Source: Bigelowiella natans CCMP2755
Taxonomy: Eukaryota > Protista > Cercozoa
Direction of reading: 5' to 3'
Assembly: GCA_000320545.1 (NCBI GenBank)
Contig: ADNK01000135.1
Coordinates: forward strand, 62,001 to 126,000
DNA length: 64,000 bases
Part shown: positions 11,751-24,611 of the stretch, piece by piece
Layout of the letters: every line of letters begins with the position of its first letter
How positions within the stretch are numbered: position 1 is the first letter of the stretch
Translations under genes and position numbers: made by a program
Notes under the pieces: generated by a model
Database searches by the model: none
What the model saw: only the letters and a program-made list of their open reading frames with translations
What the model was told of the DNA's origin: nothing

Positions 11751-12859
11751 TAAGGTGTTCACAGGCCGAGGCGCTACGTGCACAAGTAGGCAGGGGGGGG
11801 GAAAGGCACGTTTGCTTCCTTTTGAAGAGTTGTGTTTATTTTTATTAAAGATTATATTTTTATTAAATCGTGCACTGCGTAATCATTCGCGAAGCTTTCG
11901 CGAATGCCGCCGCACGTGGGGCAGCACACTTCCGGTGTGCTGCCATGAGTCCCGCCGGAACCCACGTGCCTATGCTGTATTAATATCTACGTTATCTATA
12001 TTCTATATCCGCGACAACCCCTTTGTTGTCGCACGTGACTTGTGCCCGCGTAGTGGTACGCGCTACACCTCCCCCAAGTCACGTTGCTCCTTCCTTCCTT
12101 CCTTATTCCCTTAGACCTTCATCGCTTTCGGAACTTCACCATTGGAGCTGTTGAGATCATCACGGGACACCAATTCATCCATGTACTTCCCGCCCGTCAT
12201 GCTGCATTGTGGGTTGTTAGAAAGAAAGAAAGCAGAAACCATGTGAGTGTTCGATGTCCAGTGTTGATGTTTGGGCATTGCCGGTAGTACCGAAAGAACA
12301 GTGTGATTTGCATCGAATTCCTTCTTCGATGCCAACCCGCATCCAAGGAGATTCAGAGTTTTACTGGACAATAATTTCATTGTGCAAGGCCAAAAGGAAT
12401 TAAATCCCTGAATTATACACCCTTCACAGTGGAATTTGATAGAAACATTCAACTCGAAAATGCCAAGTGTAACAAATAATAGTCTGAAATATCCCTCTCG
12501 AGCACTTGCAGAGAGGGAGCAGAAATTTCGGGACAACCAGCGATTTCAATACGACAAGATCTATAGTTGTCGCATCTATGATTCAGAGGGAATTTATGTA
12601 TGGAGATGGAGGCAGTAACAAGTTCACATTAAGATAGTTTATGAAGTCTCCCTTTACTCCATACTACCAAAATATAACATATTTAAGTATAAAAATTCTA
12701 TTATCTGATGTCTCTTAGTATAAATATAAATATATATCAAATATTGGAACCCACAGAAAATCTCAGTTTTTGGGGCTGACATCTTCCCACTACCCCACAA
12801 ATAATTCATACACTTCTAACTTCCAACCTTCCCCTTCCCCTTCGCTTCCTTTCCGAGCA

Positions 12860-13448
<589 letters not shown>

Positions 13449-13829
13449 GTTGGCTGATTGAGTTTAAGAACGAACTCGAGATTGTGAGGTTTTCTCGCTT
13501 GTACAGATTTCCCTGCTTGGTTCCAACTTGTTCGTAGAGCCAGAGTGAAATAGATTCCATGAAGATTCTATTTTAGGAAACAAATTGGATATTATATGGG
13601 CTATTGTATGATGGCCTTCCGTGAAATACTGTTAACACGAAGTTATTATGCACGGAGTTTTGAGATGATCATGATCATGATAACACCTGCGATGATGATT
13701 GCAGTGCTGCACGTTCACGGGTATGAACGCGACGCCATTAACCGAATCGAGATGACTAGTTGTTTATTTGTGACACACATGGTACCTTACACCCGCTCTT
13801 CGCATGTGGCGCACGCCAGCTAGCCAGTT

Positions 13830-15100
13830 AGCCTGCCCTAGTGAGTGAGCCATTCATCCAAGCAAGTGCTGTTCATTTCTAGGTTTGAACAGCCAAGTGG
13901 TGATTTTCGCTGTTGTGCACATTGAAATGCACATATGCTAGCATGCGGCATTGCGTTGCCCATGCATTGCAACAATGCTAGAATGAACGCATTTCCATTC
14001 GTTGTCGTCTGTCCTAGCTAGTGCTAGAGTGTCCTGCTCTAGCTAGCTGCTAACTGGTCTGCTAGCTGGTAGCAGCACCACAAACAGCTAGCTAGCATGC
14101 ACTCTAGCACTGCACAAACTGTTCGACATTCGCAAATGCAAAACAAATGCATGATCGAGACTGTTCGAATGAATGGAACAGCAAAATCATCCATTCGTGT
14201 GTGCCAACTTCACATTCGAACAGAACACTAGAACAGTTGTGCGGCGCGGCAACTGCTAGACTGTTCACATGTTCGCTAGTCTAGCAGTGTTGTGCACGGT
14301 GTTCACACACACAGCTAGCTAGACAATGTTTGCAAAAAATGCTGAAGCTTTCAAATGCATGATCATGTGCATGCTCTAGCGGCACTCGACAACAGAAACA
14401 AACATATTCAACCTGAGCGCTGTGTGGCCGCTACTTTCTAGCTTTGCTGAGAGTTTGCACAGCTACGTACATCAGGGTGACCATTGAAAAAATTCAATTC
14501 ATCCATCACATCCGTCTCACAGTGTTTGCATTCACTGTTGTTCGTTGCCAGTCCTGCTCACTCTAACACTGCAAGATTTCACTAGCTAGCTAGCTAGCTA
14601 GACTGGGTTGTCAGTGACAGAATGCAAGCGACGCCGATTGCGCGCATCACTCGCGCACGCAGGACTAAACTAGTAAAGGATTGGCATCGCACACACAATG
14701 GTGGCATGGAGCTCTGACATGGCTAGATGGCGGGGTCTTCAAGCTCTGCCCGAGTTTAATTGCACTCGTCAGTTTCCTTGTGTCCGAACAGTGTTGCTTG
14801 TGGCTAGGACTCATCATTTCAAGCACTTTTTTGTCGCGTCAATGCATACATGCAAGGAACGCATCGCATTGCAACCGAATATGACACAGCGACAGAATTT
14901 GTCTAGTTTGTTTGCAAGAAGAACTCCATGGACTGCTGATGATGCACACGCAAGGTGCGATCCCATCTCAGTGGCATTGTGCGAAGACGTGTAGCAGTGC
15001 ATCCTGATGTACTTGTGATTCAACTTTGAGATTTGAAAGCATGTCAATTTTCACAATTTTGAGCGCAATCCATCTTGCGCTTTGGTCGAAGGTAGTGATG
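13830..15100. other. TpA-depleted, CTAG-rich island between convergent ATG8 and SDR genes
   Basis: Most TAs are in CTAG, with (CTAG)n runs at 14036-14047, 14088-14096 and 14582-14601. A few residual CTA/TAG half-sites remain. Confidence 0.8.
14470..14522 (+). repeat. Dispersed ~55-bp repeat, fully TA-edited copy
   Basis: catcagggtgaccattgaaaaaattcaattcatccatcacatccgtctcaca. Confidence 0.75.
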
Positions 15101-16126
15101 CCTTTAACATCCTTCCACCATCCATTGTCAGACATTGCCCAGTGATCCAACCACTTTTGCGTTTGTCAGCAAGAAAATTCGTCATTTGGACAATGTCCTC
15201 GACTGTTCCACTCCTGCCGATAGGATGCGCTGAGTGACTATTTGTGTAATATCTCGCAGCTTTTTCTTTGCCCATGCCAGCTCGATTGTGCCAATCTGTG
15301 ATCACTGTTGCAGGTTGAATACAATTGACCCGAATTTGATGAGGCGCAAACTCCATAGACTGAATGCGTGTCAAATGAGCAACCCCTGCTTTAGCTACAC
15401 AGTATGGAGTGAGCTTGGGAAATGCTGCGAATGATGCAATGCTGCCAATGTGGATGACTGTGGCACCGTGGGAATCTCCAATGTTACGGCTAAATTTTGC
15501 CTCCTGTTTCAAAGCTGGAAGGAGGTACTTTGTCAAGGCAAAAACAGCTGTAAGATTCACAGTAATCTGCAGCTGGAAATCTTCCTGCATAGAATCGCGC
15601 ATAAAATTAAGAAAGAAGATGGAATTTTGACATAATGAGATGCATGTGCGCTTGTAGTGTATGCATAAATGTGAAGTTCAATGTTAAATGTTGAGTGAGT
15701 TCTGATTACCATAGATGTAGACTCAGTTGTGCAGTCTATTTTCCCCATCCCGGCGTTATTAACGAGTAGGTTTAGGCGTCCATTGCACCATTTCATTATT
15801 TTCCTACATGCTGGTTCAATCTGGTTAACCTTCGATAAGTCACAAACTTGAACAAAAGAGAGTTCCGCCGGATATCGCGCTGCCAGTTTTTCCATCTTAT
15901 CTCGTGATCGAGCAAGAAGACAGACCTTGAGGAATATGCTGCATTCAAAATGGAATAACTATGAACTTTGTAGATGCCCATGACCTTCCAACCAGAAGAC
16001 AGAAGGTTCTCGCATAGACCAGCACCAATTCCAGAAGACCCTCCAGTGACCTGCGACCATTCAACCTTTTTGGAAATTGTGTTTGAGGAGCAGTATCTTT
16101 CAAATTTTTACCACAGCTGTCGGCAT
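15051..16126 (-). CDS. Classical short-chain dehydrogenase/reductase (SDR)
   Basis: Motifs VTGGSSGIG (Rossmann TGxxxGIG), LVNNAG, IGS, YCVAK (YxxxK), IRVNCIQP and WITGQCLTMDGG. Confidence 0.92.
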
Positions 16127-16599
16127 GTTATCTATGACGAGAATGCGGCTTGTGTCTGATAACTAGATGAAAAACACAAAAAAGGATTCTCGAGGATTCG
16201 CCAAAGTGGACTCTAGATGAATGAATGAAAGGGTCTACTCGGAATTATTGCGAATTCGTAGTCGTATAATGTGTGCTCACTCTCCCAGAAAAAAAAAAAC
16301 TATGCTAATATGCTTGGATTTTCCATGTACGACTCGACATAATGCAAGTCGCAGGTTGATCATCGGAGAAGAAGACAATGAAAACAAATTTAGGAGCCAG
16401 ATCTGGAGAGATGGAGACTCTCACAAGACGATCCGATAGCATTTCCAAGGGGAATGCCGGGATTTAGAGTCTTTATTTGGGAATGCCGGAATTCGGGATT
16501 TTGAGAAGAACCATTTCTGGATAACATCACACTAGTACGAGAAGTACTCGCTGGGCTTGGGTTGATTTCTCCTTCCTGAGTGCGCTGCTGCGAGTGGCG

Positions 16600-18748
16600 A
16601 TGGTGGTGCCGATCCCTAGCCTTCGATTTTGGGTGTTGATCCTTGTACTGACTTTCTCGACAATTCCGCACGGAGAATGCTTCGCCACCCGGCAGCTGTA
16701 TGTCGACGACACAGACGAGCTCATTGTCTCTGGGGGCGCAAACGCTATGGCCAGCACGCTGTTCTCCCTGGCGGTGGCCTACAACTTCACAGTCATGCAT
16801 CTTTACGATTTGCATCGCATTATGCCCTACAGTGGAAAAAAGGCAGATCTGAAGGCCTTCATGGATCTAGGCCGGAATGCGGGAGTAAACTTCGTTGCAG
16901 TTGGAGAGAGCCTCAACAATTTCCAGCAGGCCAGGAGTTTCTGCGTGGAATTCTTCTCAGAATACCCTAACCACTGCTTCCAAGCCTACAACTTAGAATT
17001 TGAGTTCTGGGTACCAAGCTCAGTACAGGCGGGAGGTGTTTACTGCGAATCCTATCTAACCCCAAACGGCTACGCTTGCAACTCTGATGGGGCATTCGAC
17101 TTCTGGATCACTCATCTGGCCAATATTCGAAATTCTATCGGTAATCAGGCCCACCTCACCGCCTACATTGGCTGGCCGAGCTCCGTGACGGCGCTTACCG
17201 AAGCGGAGGTTTACAGTCGAATCGTTGGTCACACGGATAGCCTGCTTATCCATGCTTACAGAGTCACTCCAGATGATACATTTTCGTTCACAAGATCCCG
17301 CCTTCTGGGCTTGAAGCAAGCTGCAGAGGCATCCTCAAAAAGCTACAACGTTTCCATCATATTTTCCGCTGAATCGGGGTTCATGGGTCCATGGCTGGCT
17401 AGCAATTCCTTGTCGGCGGCCGAGGACATATATCTATCTTCAGCCTTGGAGTATACTCCTCCTGTATTTGGTAGTTGTTGTTTAGAACAGAGCCCGTTTA
17501 CGTGGTTTTCACGATCGAACGTGGTTTCCCGTGTGCCCGTGCCGGCTCCGACTACACAGCCCACGCAACTACCATCCCCAGTAATACAAATCTTACGAAA
17601 GCACTACCTTTTTAAGCTAAACCTAACCCTCTTCTTTATCCCTGCAATCTGTGCTCCCCATCGCATATCCGTGTGTAACATTTCCATTAACTCAGGCTTC
17701 CCCCCCTTCGGAGACCACGCAACACCCCTCCAGCCATCCATCAGTGACTGCTGTGCCAACTCCCCGGTCTACCGCTCAGCCAAATTATTCTTTAAGTCCT
17801 ACTCGAGAACCTTCCCAAAGCCCAACACCATCGCCTCTACGATCAACACCTATAGAGGTGGTGTGTGGAAATACTTCGAAATTGAATCTTGCCTGTGTTT
17901 TTCGACCGAAATCCATTCACGCTTTCCATATCCTATCTGGATCATGTGTGTACGTGGATGGTGCGTGCATGCGTTCATTTTGTAGAGGTTTTGTGTTTGT
18001 AAGTGCGCGCGTGTATTAGAGAGTTCTGCAAGTGAGTGACGCGCACACGCACATACACCCAGACATGCATACACAGAGGGGGGGTGGGAGGGAGAGATAT
18101 GTGGTGTGGTATGATGTGATGTAAGTTGATGTGAGTGTGCAGCAGTAATTGACCTACCTGCTCCAACATTAGTCTCAAAGTCTTGTCCACTTTCATTCGG
18201 TGTTCCAAGCGGTCCCATGCGCAGAGCTAGCACCCATGAGGTTACAGTTGCTCAGCTTCCTCTCCCACCTTCCAGCCGTGGAGAATGCGATTATAAAGAA
18301 CGAGGGTTGCGGGAGTCTCTGGTTTGAAGCTGAAGTGGCATTTTCCTCCTATGGGAGCGCGTCGAACTTTGCGGAAAATATGCGCCAGAATCAATCTGCG
18401 GTTTTCAGTGCGCAACACGGATGGAATAGCTCATCTGTGCCCTACATCTCCCACATCCAAGTTTTCACTGGAGAGGACGGTGGTGAGACCAGTGGAGAAC
18501 AGAAGAACGACTCATATGGAGCATTAAATTTGCTTCTTATCGCGGGAATATCTGTCGCAGTTGCCCTGTTGTGTGGATTTTGTTGGTACTGGGGATTGAA
18601 GCGTTATCGTGCAGCCAAGCAGAACACGTTCAATGTCGATGCAATCCGGAGATCCTCCCGCTTGGATATCGTGGCGGCTAGCGATTCTAGTGCCTTATGC
18701 TTCGTCTCAAAGCAAAATAATCCTCGGGACAACGTTTCGTTCCAATGA
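16600..18748 (+). CDS. Secreted/type I membrane protein: signal peptide, glycoside-hydrolase-like TIM-barrel domain, Pro/Thr/Ser linker, C-terminal TM helix
   Basis: Hydrophobic N-terminus (FWVLILVLTFS). Uninterrupted ~1 kb first exon with LYVD..., HLYDLH, YNLEFEFW, AYIGW and LLIHAYR. PT/S-rich segments (PAPTTQPTQLPSP; SPTREPSQSPTPSP). TM LLLIAGISVAVALLCGFCWYW followed by KRYR. Confidence 0.65.
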
Positions 18749-19354
18749 TGAAAATTTTGAGTCCAGGATGGCCCTGTAGGCTGGCATATGTATACAGCGC
18801 ACACGTGGCGCTAGAGGTTCCTCTCGAACCAGTGTTGTTAAAACCTGCCATATTATTCATTTTTGCAGCCTCTGTATAGCTACTGTACAATGGCTACATA
18901 GGCGACAGCAATCGTTGCAAAGAGACACGTAGATATGTTCGAAATATATACGTAGTCGTGTATTTTTATGTAATGAATATACTTCGTCTCTATTATTGAA
19001 ACCTTTTCGTTCAGCACAGCAAGTACTGCGTGTGGTGCGCGCGCGTCGCAACTAGTGCAAACCTCGAGACACATGCATAATTGCTAAGCGCAGTGCAAAC
19101 CGATGGGCATCGGATCAGAAGACTACGGGTGCGTCGGACTTGATCAGCAGGCCCATCACATTTTTTAATGCACACAAGCTTAAAGATGATATCTGACCAA
19201 TGAACGGTAAAAAAAGTGCTTAAATCGTCATCAGCAATCATGCAGTCAAAGAATCGGATGCTTTCTTGGTTGAGACAAATCAATGGTGCATAACAAGGCA
19301 TGTGCATATAGACATATGCATTGTTGGCTCTACTACAGTAGACACAGTGATGTT

Positions 19355-19445
19355 TACGTGTGAGACGGATGTGATGAAGTGATTAGATCTTTTCAATGGT
19401 CATTCTAATGTGGTATTATTTGTGTAAAACAACTGCTACAGCAAT
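19355..19445 (-). repeat. Dispersed ~55-90-bp repeat copy (reverse orientation)
   Basis: The reverse complement reads gctgtagcagttg...cattagaatgaccattgaaaagatctaatcacttcatcacatccgtctcacacgta. Confidence 0.8.
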
Positions 19446-19902
19446 TCTCAAGTTGCATTTGTTTGTTTTTACTATTACGTGCTCTATGAATTCAAAAGCG
19501 TCCTCATCATTGAGTTGATGTCAGGCAATGCCCACCGCGGCGCGTGCCATTCTTTCAGTTGTTGTTGCAATCGTTTTACATCATCTTTGCGGTCCATGAT
19601 GGAAGTCAATTGGTTGCGTATAGTGTTCTGAATGAATACACGAATGGCGAATTGTGCATGTAGACATTCGTTATTCGCACTGTTCACTTCACTATCCATC
19701 GAGGTTTGCCACTCGTATGAATAGTGCGAATAGTAACGAATAGTAGCGAATAATTTGCTATTCGCAAAAGCGAACATCGTGCATACTCACTCATTCGCGC
19801 AAGGCACATAGTTCTTTGTGTACATGTGTGCCAACAGTTCGCTCTATGCTAGGTAGGTTGGATTTATTGGGATTATTTCACTCTGAACCCCTGTCTCATT
19901 TT

Positions 19903-20464
19903 TCAGCCCTGAGGAAAATCTTCGGGCAAAGGGCCGACTCCAATTATGTCCCTCATTAACTTGTTGTCCGAAAGATACTTCTCGATGTTGTCCTTAAGAA
20001 ATGCAATTTCCATTACTTGAATCAATTATGAGAAATCATGTAAAATTAGGTCACCTTTCTTATACTCCATGCTGCATCTCGCTTGACATATGGAGGGGCA
20101 GTCATTTGGTAAATATCGATGTAGAACGAAATGAATTCTAAGAACCAATTCCAGAACATTGGAAATTTGTCTAATCCCTATGTAGAACTCATAGATCAAA
20201 TTTGGTGACTAGAACTCAAATATCAATTTTTGCAGTAATTTTCAATCCTACCTCTTCACGAGCAGACCAAAACATAAGTCGCATCCAAGTCCTGCAATCA
20301 TCAAGTTGAAACCTGAGATGAGAGGCGCATCGTGACAAATTTAGAGTCATTCAAGGTTTTATTTTAGCTGCGATAGAACCTGAAGAAAAATATACCTTTG
20401 TCCCTGTCGTGTCTGATCCCTCTTCGGAGCAAAGTATGCCTGAAATTTCAATGCTCTATATGTG

Positions 20465-20511
<47 letters not shown>

Positions 20512-21653
20512 ATGCGATAGAAACTTCGTATGTTCACACTTTGATGTGCTGCCATTCCCTTTTATTTGCCCGGCCTTTGTCTGTAGCAGGTGTTCCTAGA
20601 ACATTATTTTTGAGTCGACTGAAAAGCAACAGCGGCTTAGAAGATAGATACGATATATTGAAGCACCTTCCCCTCCCATCTTTTCTGTAATCCAGTCTGC
20701 CAATCTCATCCCTGGAAATTTTGGGTGTCGATATTCATGCCGTAAAGTTAAGAATAGTGATATTATAGCCACCACTTTTACATATCTCCCATCACAACTT
20801 TGAATATTTTTCTCAATGACGAATACTAGCCAATGATGATAGTATTTTTAAAATTACCATGCGCATCGGGACCGTCCTCCTCAATGCCTGTTCATTACCG
20901 CATTATAAATGAGTATATATCCACTCTATATCGTAGCGATATTTAGTGCTTAAATTAGATATCCGACGAAAAGTTCTCAAGAGCTGGTCTTCCAAAAATT
21001 TGGTGTAAAACCTGATCAATCGTTATATCAGAAAATGTATTCCACCTTCTGGAGGCGGCTACCTTGTACATAGTTTTGTCAACTTCGCACTACCACCGAT
21101 TTTGTTCAAAAGATTTGCTTGAGCCTAAGGAATTAATTTTTCCTTTGTGGACTGATATTGCTATGTAATGACACAATCAGATGTGAAAACTTACTGGCGA
21201 GGCTTCCACATCTCCGTTTACTACATTTAAAGGAACCTTTCCCTCATAATTTAAGTTTAATTTCCCGAACATACGAATAGCATTTCTTGATATTTCTTCC
21301 CTCTTGGTGTGTTTCTGCTCTTCAACAATACTCTTTTGTGTCTTTGCCTTTGTATCTGCCTCATCCTGATAGAGATGGATAGCTTTGCGATAAGGTTGTC
21401 AACAAAAATATCAATGATGTACCAATACGATTTTTTTCATCGAGCGCATTATAGAGCAAATTTTCGATGTTCCAGTATTCATCCGATGCTGCAGCATCTT
21501 CTTGTGGCTTCTTGGAAGTGTGGTCCATTTGTGCACCTCCACGGTCATATTTCCGGAATGTTCGAGCTCCTCATCTGCCTCTCTTAGTTGCATAGTTGTT
21601 TTGTGCCCCTCCCTCTTTCTCTTGTACTTCGACGAGCTTGTCCCGGTTCCCAT
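19903..21653 (-). CDS. Truncated-hemoglobin-like (globin-fold) protein with an N-terminal extension and possible N-myristoylation (MGTGTS), multi-exon
   Basis: Exons give LLNKIGGSAKLTKLCTR-FYTKFLEDQLLRTF, GPDAH, RLADWITEKMGGEG, AYFAPKR, FQLDDCRTWMRLMFWSAREE-GLDKFPMFWNWFLEFI and DNIEKYLSDNKLMRDIIG...*. The GG motifs and FY (B9-B10) are as in 2/2 globins. Confidence 0.6.
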
Positions 21654-22040
21654 CACAAATGGCCTCAACAAAATTCACAAAAGCTATATGTAAGGTCTTT
21701 GCTTCACGGAGGGGGCTGGCGTGTTCGGACTACGGTTTCGAAACGCAAAGCAGATGCTACAGCAATGCGATTTTGACCTAAATATCCTTTGCGACAACCA
21801 TATTGGAATGTCGCATGAGGAAAAATCGAACCAGAATCAAGTGTTTTTCCCTGCAAACAGTGCACCAAGCTTGTTCTTGTCTTCGCAAAATAGTGCCTAG
21901 AATTTCGACCAGAGACATACGCTTTTTCTGTTTTCGATGTGCGACAATGATAGTTCCTTGTCGCAAGTAGAAGTAACAGAAGATGCTGCTATTTGGCCGA
22001 TCATAGGGACTATAATCTCCGTAAGTTATCCGAGACGAAA

Positions 22041-23824
22041 ATGCCACGGGGGGGGCCCAAAGGGGGTGAGAAAGGCCAACCGGATGCTCATGCTAAGCTC
22101 GCCAGGCTTCTTGCCCACAATGACAAGCGTATCCGGGATAACACAGTCAAGAAGATTAGGAGGTGGGGGAAGCAAGCGACTGTAGAAAAGCTACACAACG
22201 CGCCCACTTCGTCTCATTTCAGAATTAACGCAGTGTCTAATCAATAAACGTCGCGAAATAACTTGACCTTTCAGGTGGATATCTAAGCGTGGTGAGGTGA
22301 GTCATCTTGATCTTCTCAAAATTTGGAAGGGGCTATTCTACTGCTTTTGGATGTCAGACAAAAGGCCAGTCCAGGTTGGTGATTAGAACGATTCGACAAG
22401 CTATATTTGTCAAACAGTATTGATGATTTTCATCGTTTTCCTTGGATTTGAAAGGCTGAAATACTATGAAATTATATCTCTTATGGATATGCAGGCAGAG
22501 CTTGCACAAAAAATCTCGAGGCTAATAGATCGCTTAACTCCTGAGCGAGCGTCAGCGTATCTGCACGCTACATGGGAGACGCTACTGAGAGAATGGGGTG
22601 GAATCGATCATCTAGTAATGATTAATTTTAAATATCTGCATATTTTTGTTGATTTATATATTTTTGATTTAGCGCATGGACAAGTTCATGCTTCTCCAAC
22701 GTGAAATTCTCTATCAAACATTCCTGTAGGGTTTCTTAAAATAAAAACTTTGGTTGCATTCGTAAGATAATCGTGTTTCCACACGTCGATAAGGTATTTA
22801 CGGACACACGGATGGGACCCGACTATAGTTCGGCAAATTACCAAAACTATGGCAGCCACGGTTCTTACTTTTCTCCGATTCCTCTCTGTGATAGTTACCT
22901 TGAAAATCAAACAAGTCAATGCAATTTCCCATATTTAGGTATTGGAAGTGGATAACAAAACTAAGCGTGGGTTGTGCCTTCACACATCAGAGATATACTT
23001 AGATGAATTATCTAGAGTCCTGGGAGATGGGGACTCGAAAAGCCAGAATGAAGGAAGCTTGGGCTTCGATGGACTGATTCAACTCCTTGCGCCATTCTTT
23101 GACTTCCTGAGGTTCGGCAAAGAACAGTCATATCTGGTGTTAATGGAGGTAATGAGAGTTTCTTTGGACGAGATGAAAAAAAATAAATTGTTGAACGTCC
23201 TTCACCCACATTCTCATTACCCCGAATATATGGAAAACCAGCTTAATCAAATTTTATATGCAGGAGGAGATATTTAATCGTTTAGTGGAAGCAGCAACTC
23301 TTGGCAGCAAAGAAGACCCCTTAGCTGTGTGTTTGAGTGACATATCCGGGGAGAAACGGGCTTCTAAATTCTCTGCTCTACTTTTGTGTTTAGCTGCTGA
23401 CCCCGACACGTTGGAGGACAACCGTGACCGAATATACAGCATGAGAGATAATCTGTTGAAACATTTGGACTATGCATCCGAGCCCTCACTAGATACGATC
23501 GAACCTCCTGAAAGCTTCCGTAGCACCGAAAAGAAGGACCCTCCCATCAAGCTCGCAAAGAAGACATCTAAGAAGAAGAAAAGAAAACGGGTGGTAGAAA
23601 CTGACCAAAAAGATCAAACTAAGAAGAAAACGAAACCTAAAAAGAAAACCAAGATGAAGGCATCTTCCAAGAAGCCCGGCAATAACTCCACCCCAAAAAA
23701 TAGAAAAGTTGGAAAGCAATCTGGAAAGGGAAAAAAAGCAACGAAGGGAGCCCCAGGAAAAGTAAACAGTAGTGGAACGACCAAAAAATCTCCGCGGCGC
23801 CCGAGAGCCGCAGATTTTTTCTAG
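22041..23824 (+). CDS. RRP1: Ribosomal RNA processing protein RRP1/Nop52
   Basis: Segments LARLLAHNDKRIRDNTVKKIRRW, DLLKIWKGLFYCFWMSDKRPVQ, WETLLREWGGIDHLRMDKFMLL and GLCLHTSEIYLDEL, with a Lys-rich C-terminal tail. Confidence 0.92.
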
Positions 23825-24296
23825 TCGTGTTTAAAATGAAAATTGTATATGTAAAGTGGTTAAGAAATGCGCACATTCATTATTATAATTTGTGTGTTGT
23901 TACCACGTGAGCATGCTGCATGCTGAGTATTATTTGCATAGTCTTCTATCTGGCCAGCTTCACGTATCGCAGCACACTAGCATAGTCGTGGCTGCTCTAA
24001 GCTTTCATCATTATTGTCATTTATACAGGAGCGATTTCATCACATCCCTAGCTAGCTAGATCCATCTGATACAAGTATGTGTCGCATCCGGCCATGCACA
24101 ATGCAACAATGAATGTGTCGATGTTGCTGAATTTGTACGTGACGGTCTGGTATCGTAGCGAAAATGCATGGCACGCGCATATGCATGCAATAGTCATTCT
24201 AATGATAAAATGGAGCTATACAGAGCAGCCTAGCAGCGGCTACAGTGCCTACGTTGTGCTTGTTCGTTTCTGCGACACCAACCACATGCACTAGCA

Positions 24297-24350
24297 CATT
24301 AGGATGACTGTTGAAAAATTGTAATCATGTCATTGCAACCGCCTCACATG
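24297..24350 (+). repeat. Dispersed ~55-bp repeat copy
   Basis: cattaggatgactgttgaaaaattgtaatcatgtcattgcaaccgcctcacatg. Confidence 0.78.
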
Positions 24351-24505
24351 ACAATAATGTCTCTTATGTCAACAATGTAGTTAATTCAAAATCAACTCCG
24401 TGTTTTATTTCCACTCATCTAGTCATTGTGTGCTACAAGCATGAACTTTAACTAATATAAGCTAGCAATCCCAAAGAGCATGCGCATGCGCATGGCTGTG
24501 TATCG

Positions 24506-24545
<40 letters not shown>

Positions 24546-24611
24546 AAGAGGCATGCAATATACGCGGCCAGTATGTGTCCTAGGCTAAATAAAGACCATG
24601 AGTTACATTTA

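Noticed and set aside
11700-12090. Multiple CACGTG boxes upstream of ATG8 as a CLEAR/E-box autophagy promoter
   Set aside because: They lie 800-1100 bp from the ATG. CACGTG is also the expected edited product of TACGTA and is equally common in the 50.9-51.1 kb island.
12111-12618. 141-aa minus-strand ORF and overlapping short ORFs upstream of ATG8
   Set aside because: No ATG-led coherent model or known motif; possibly a decayed fragment.
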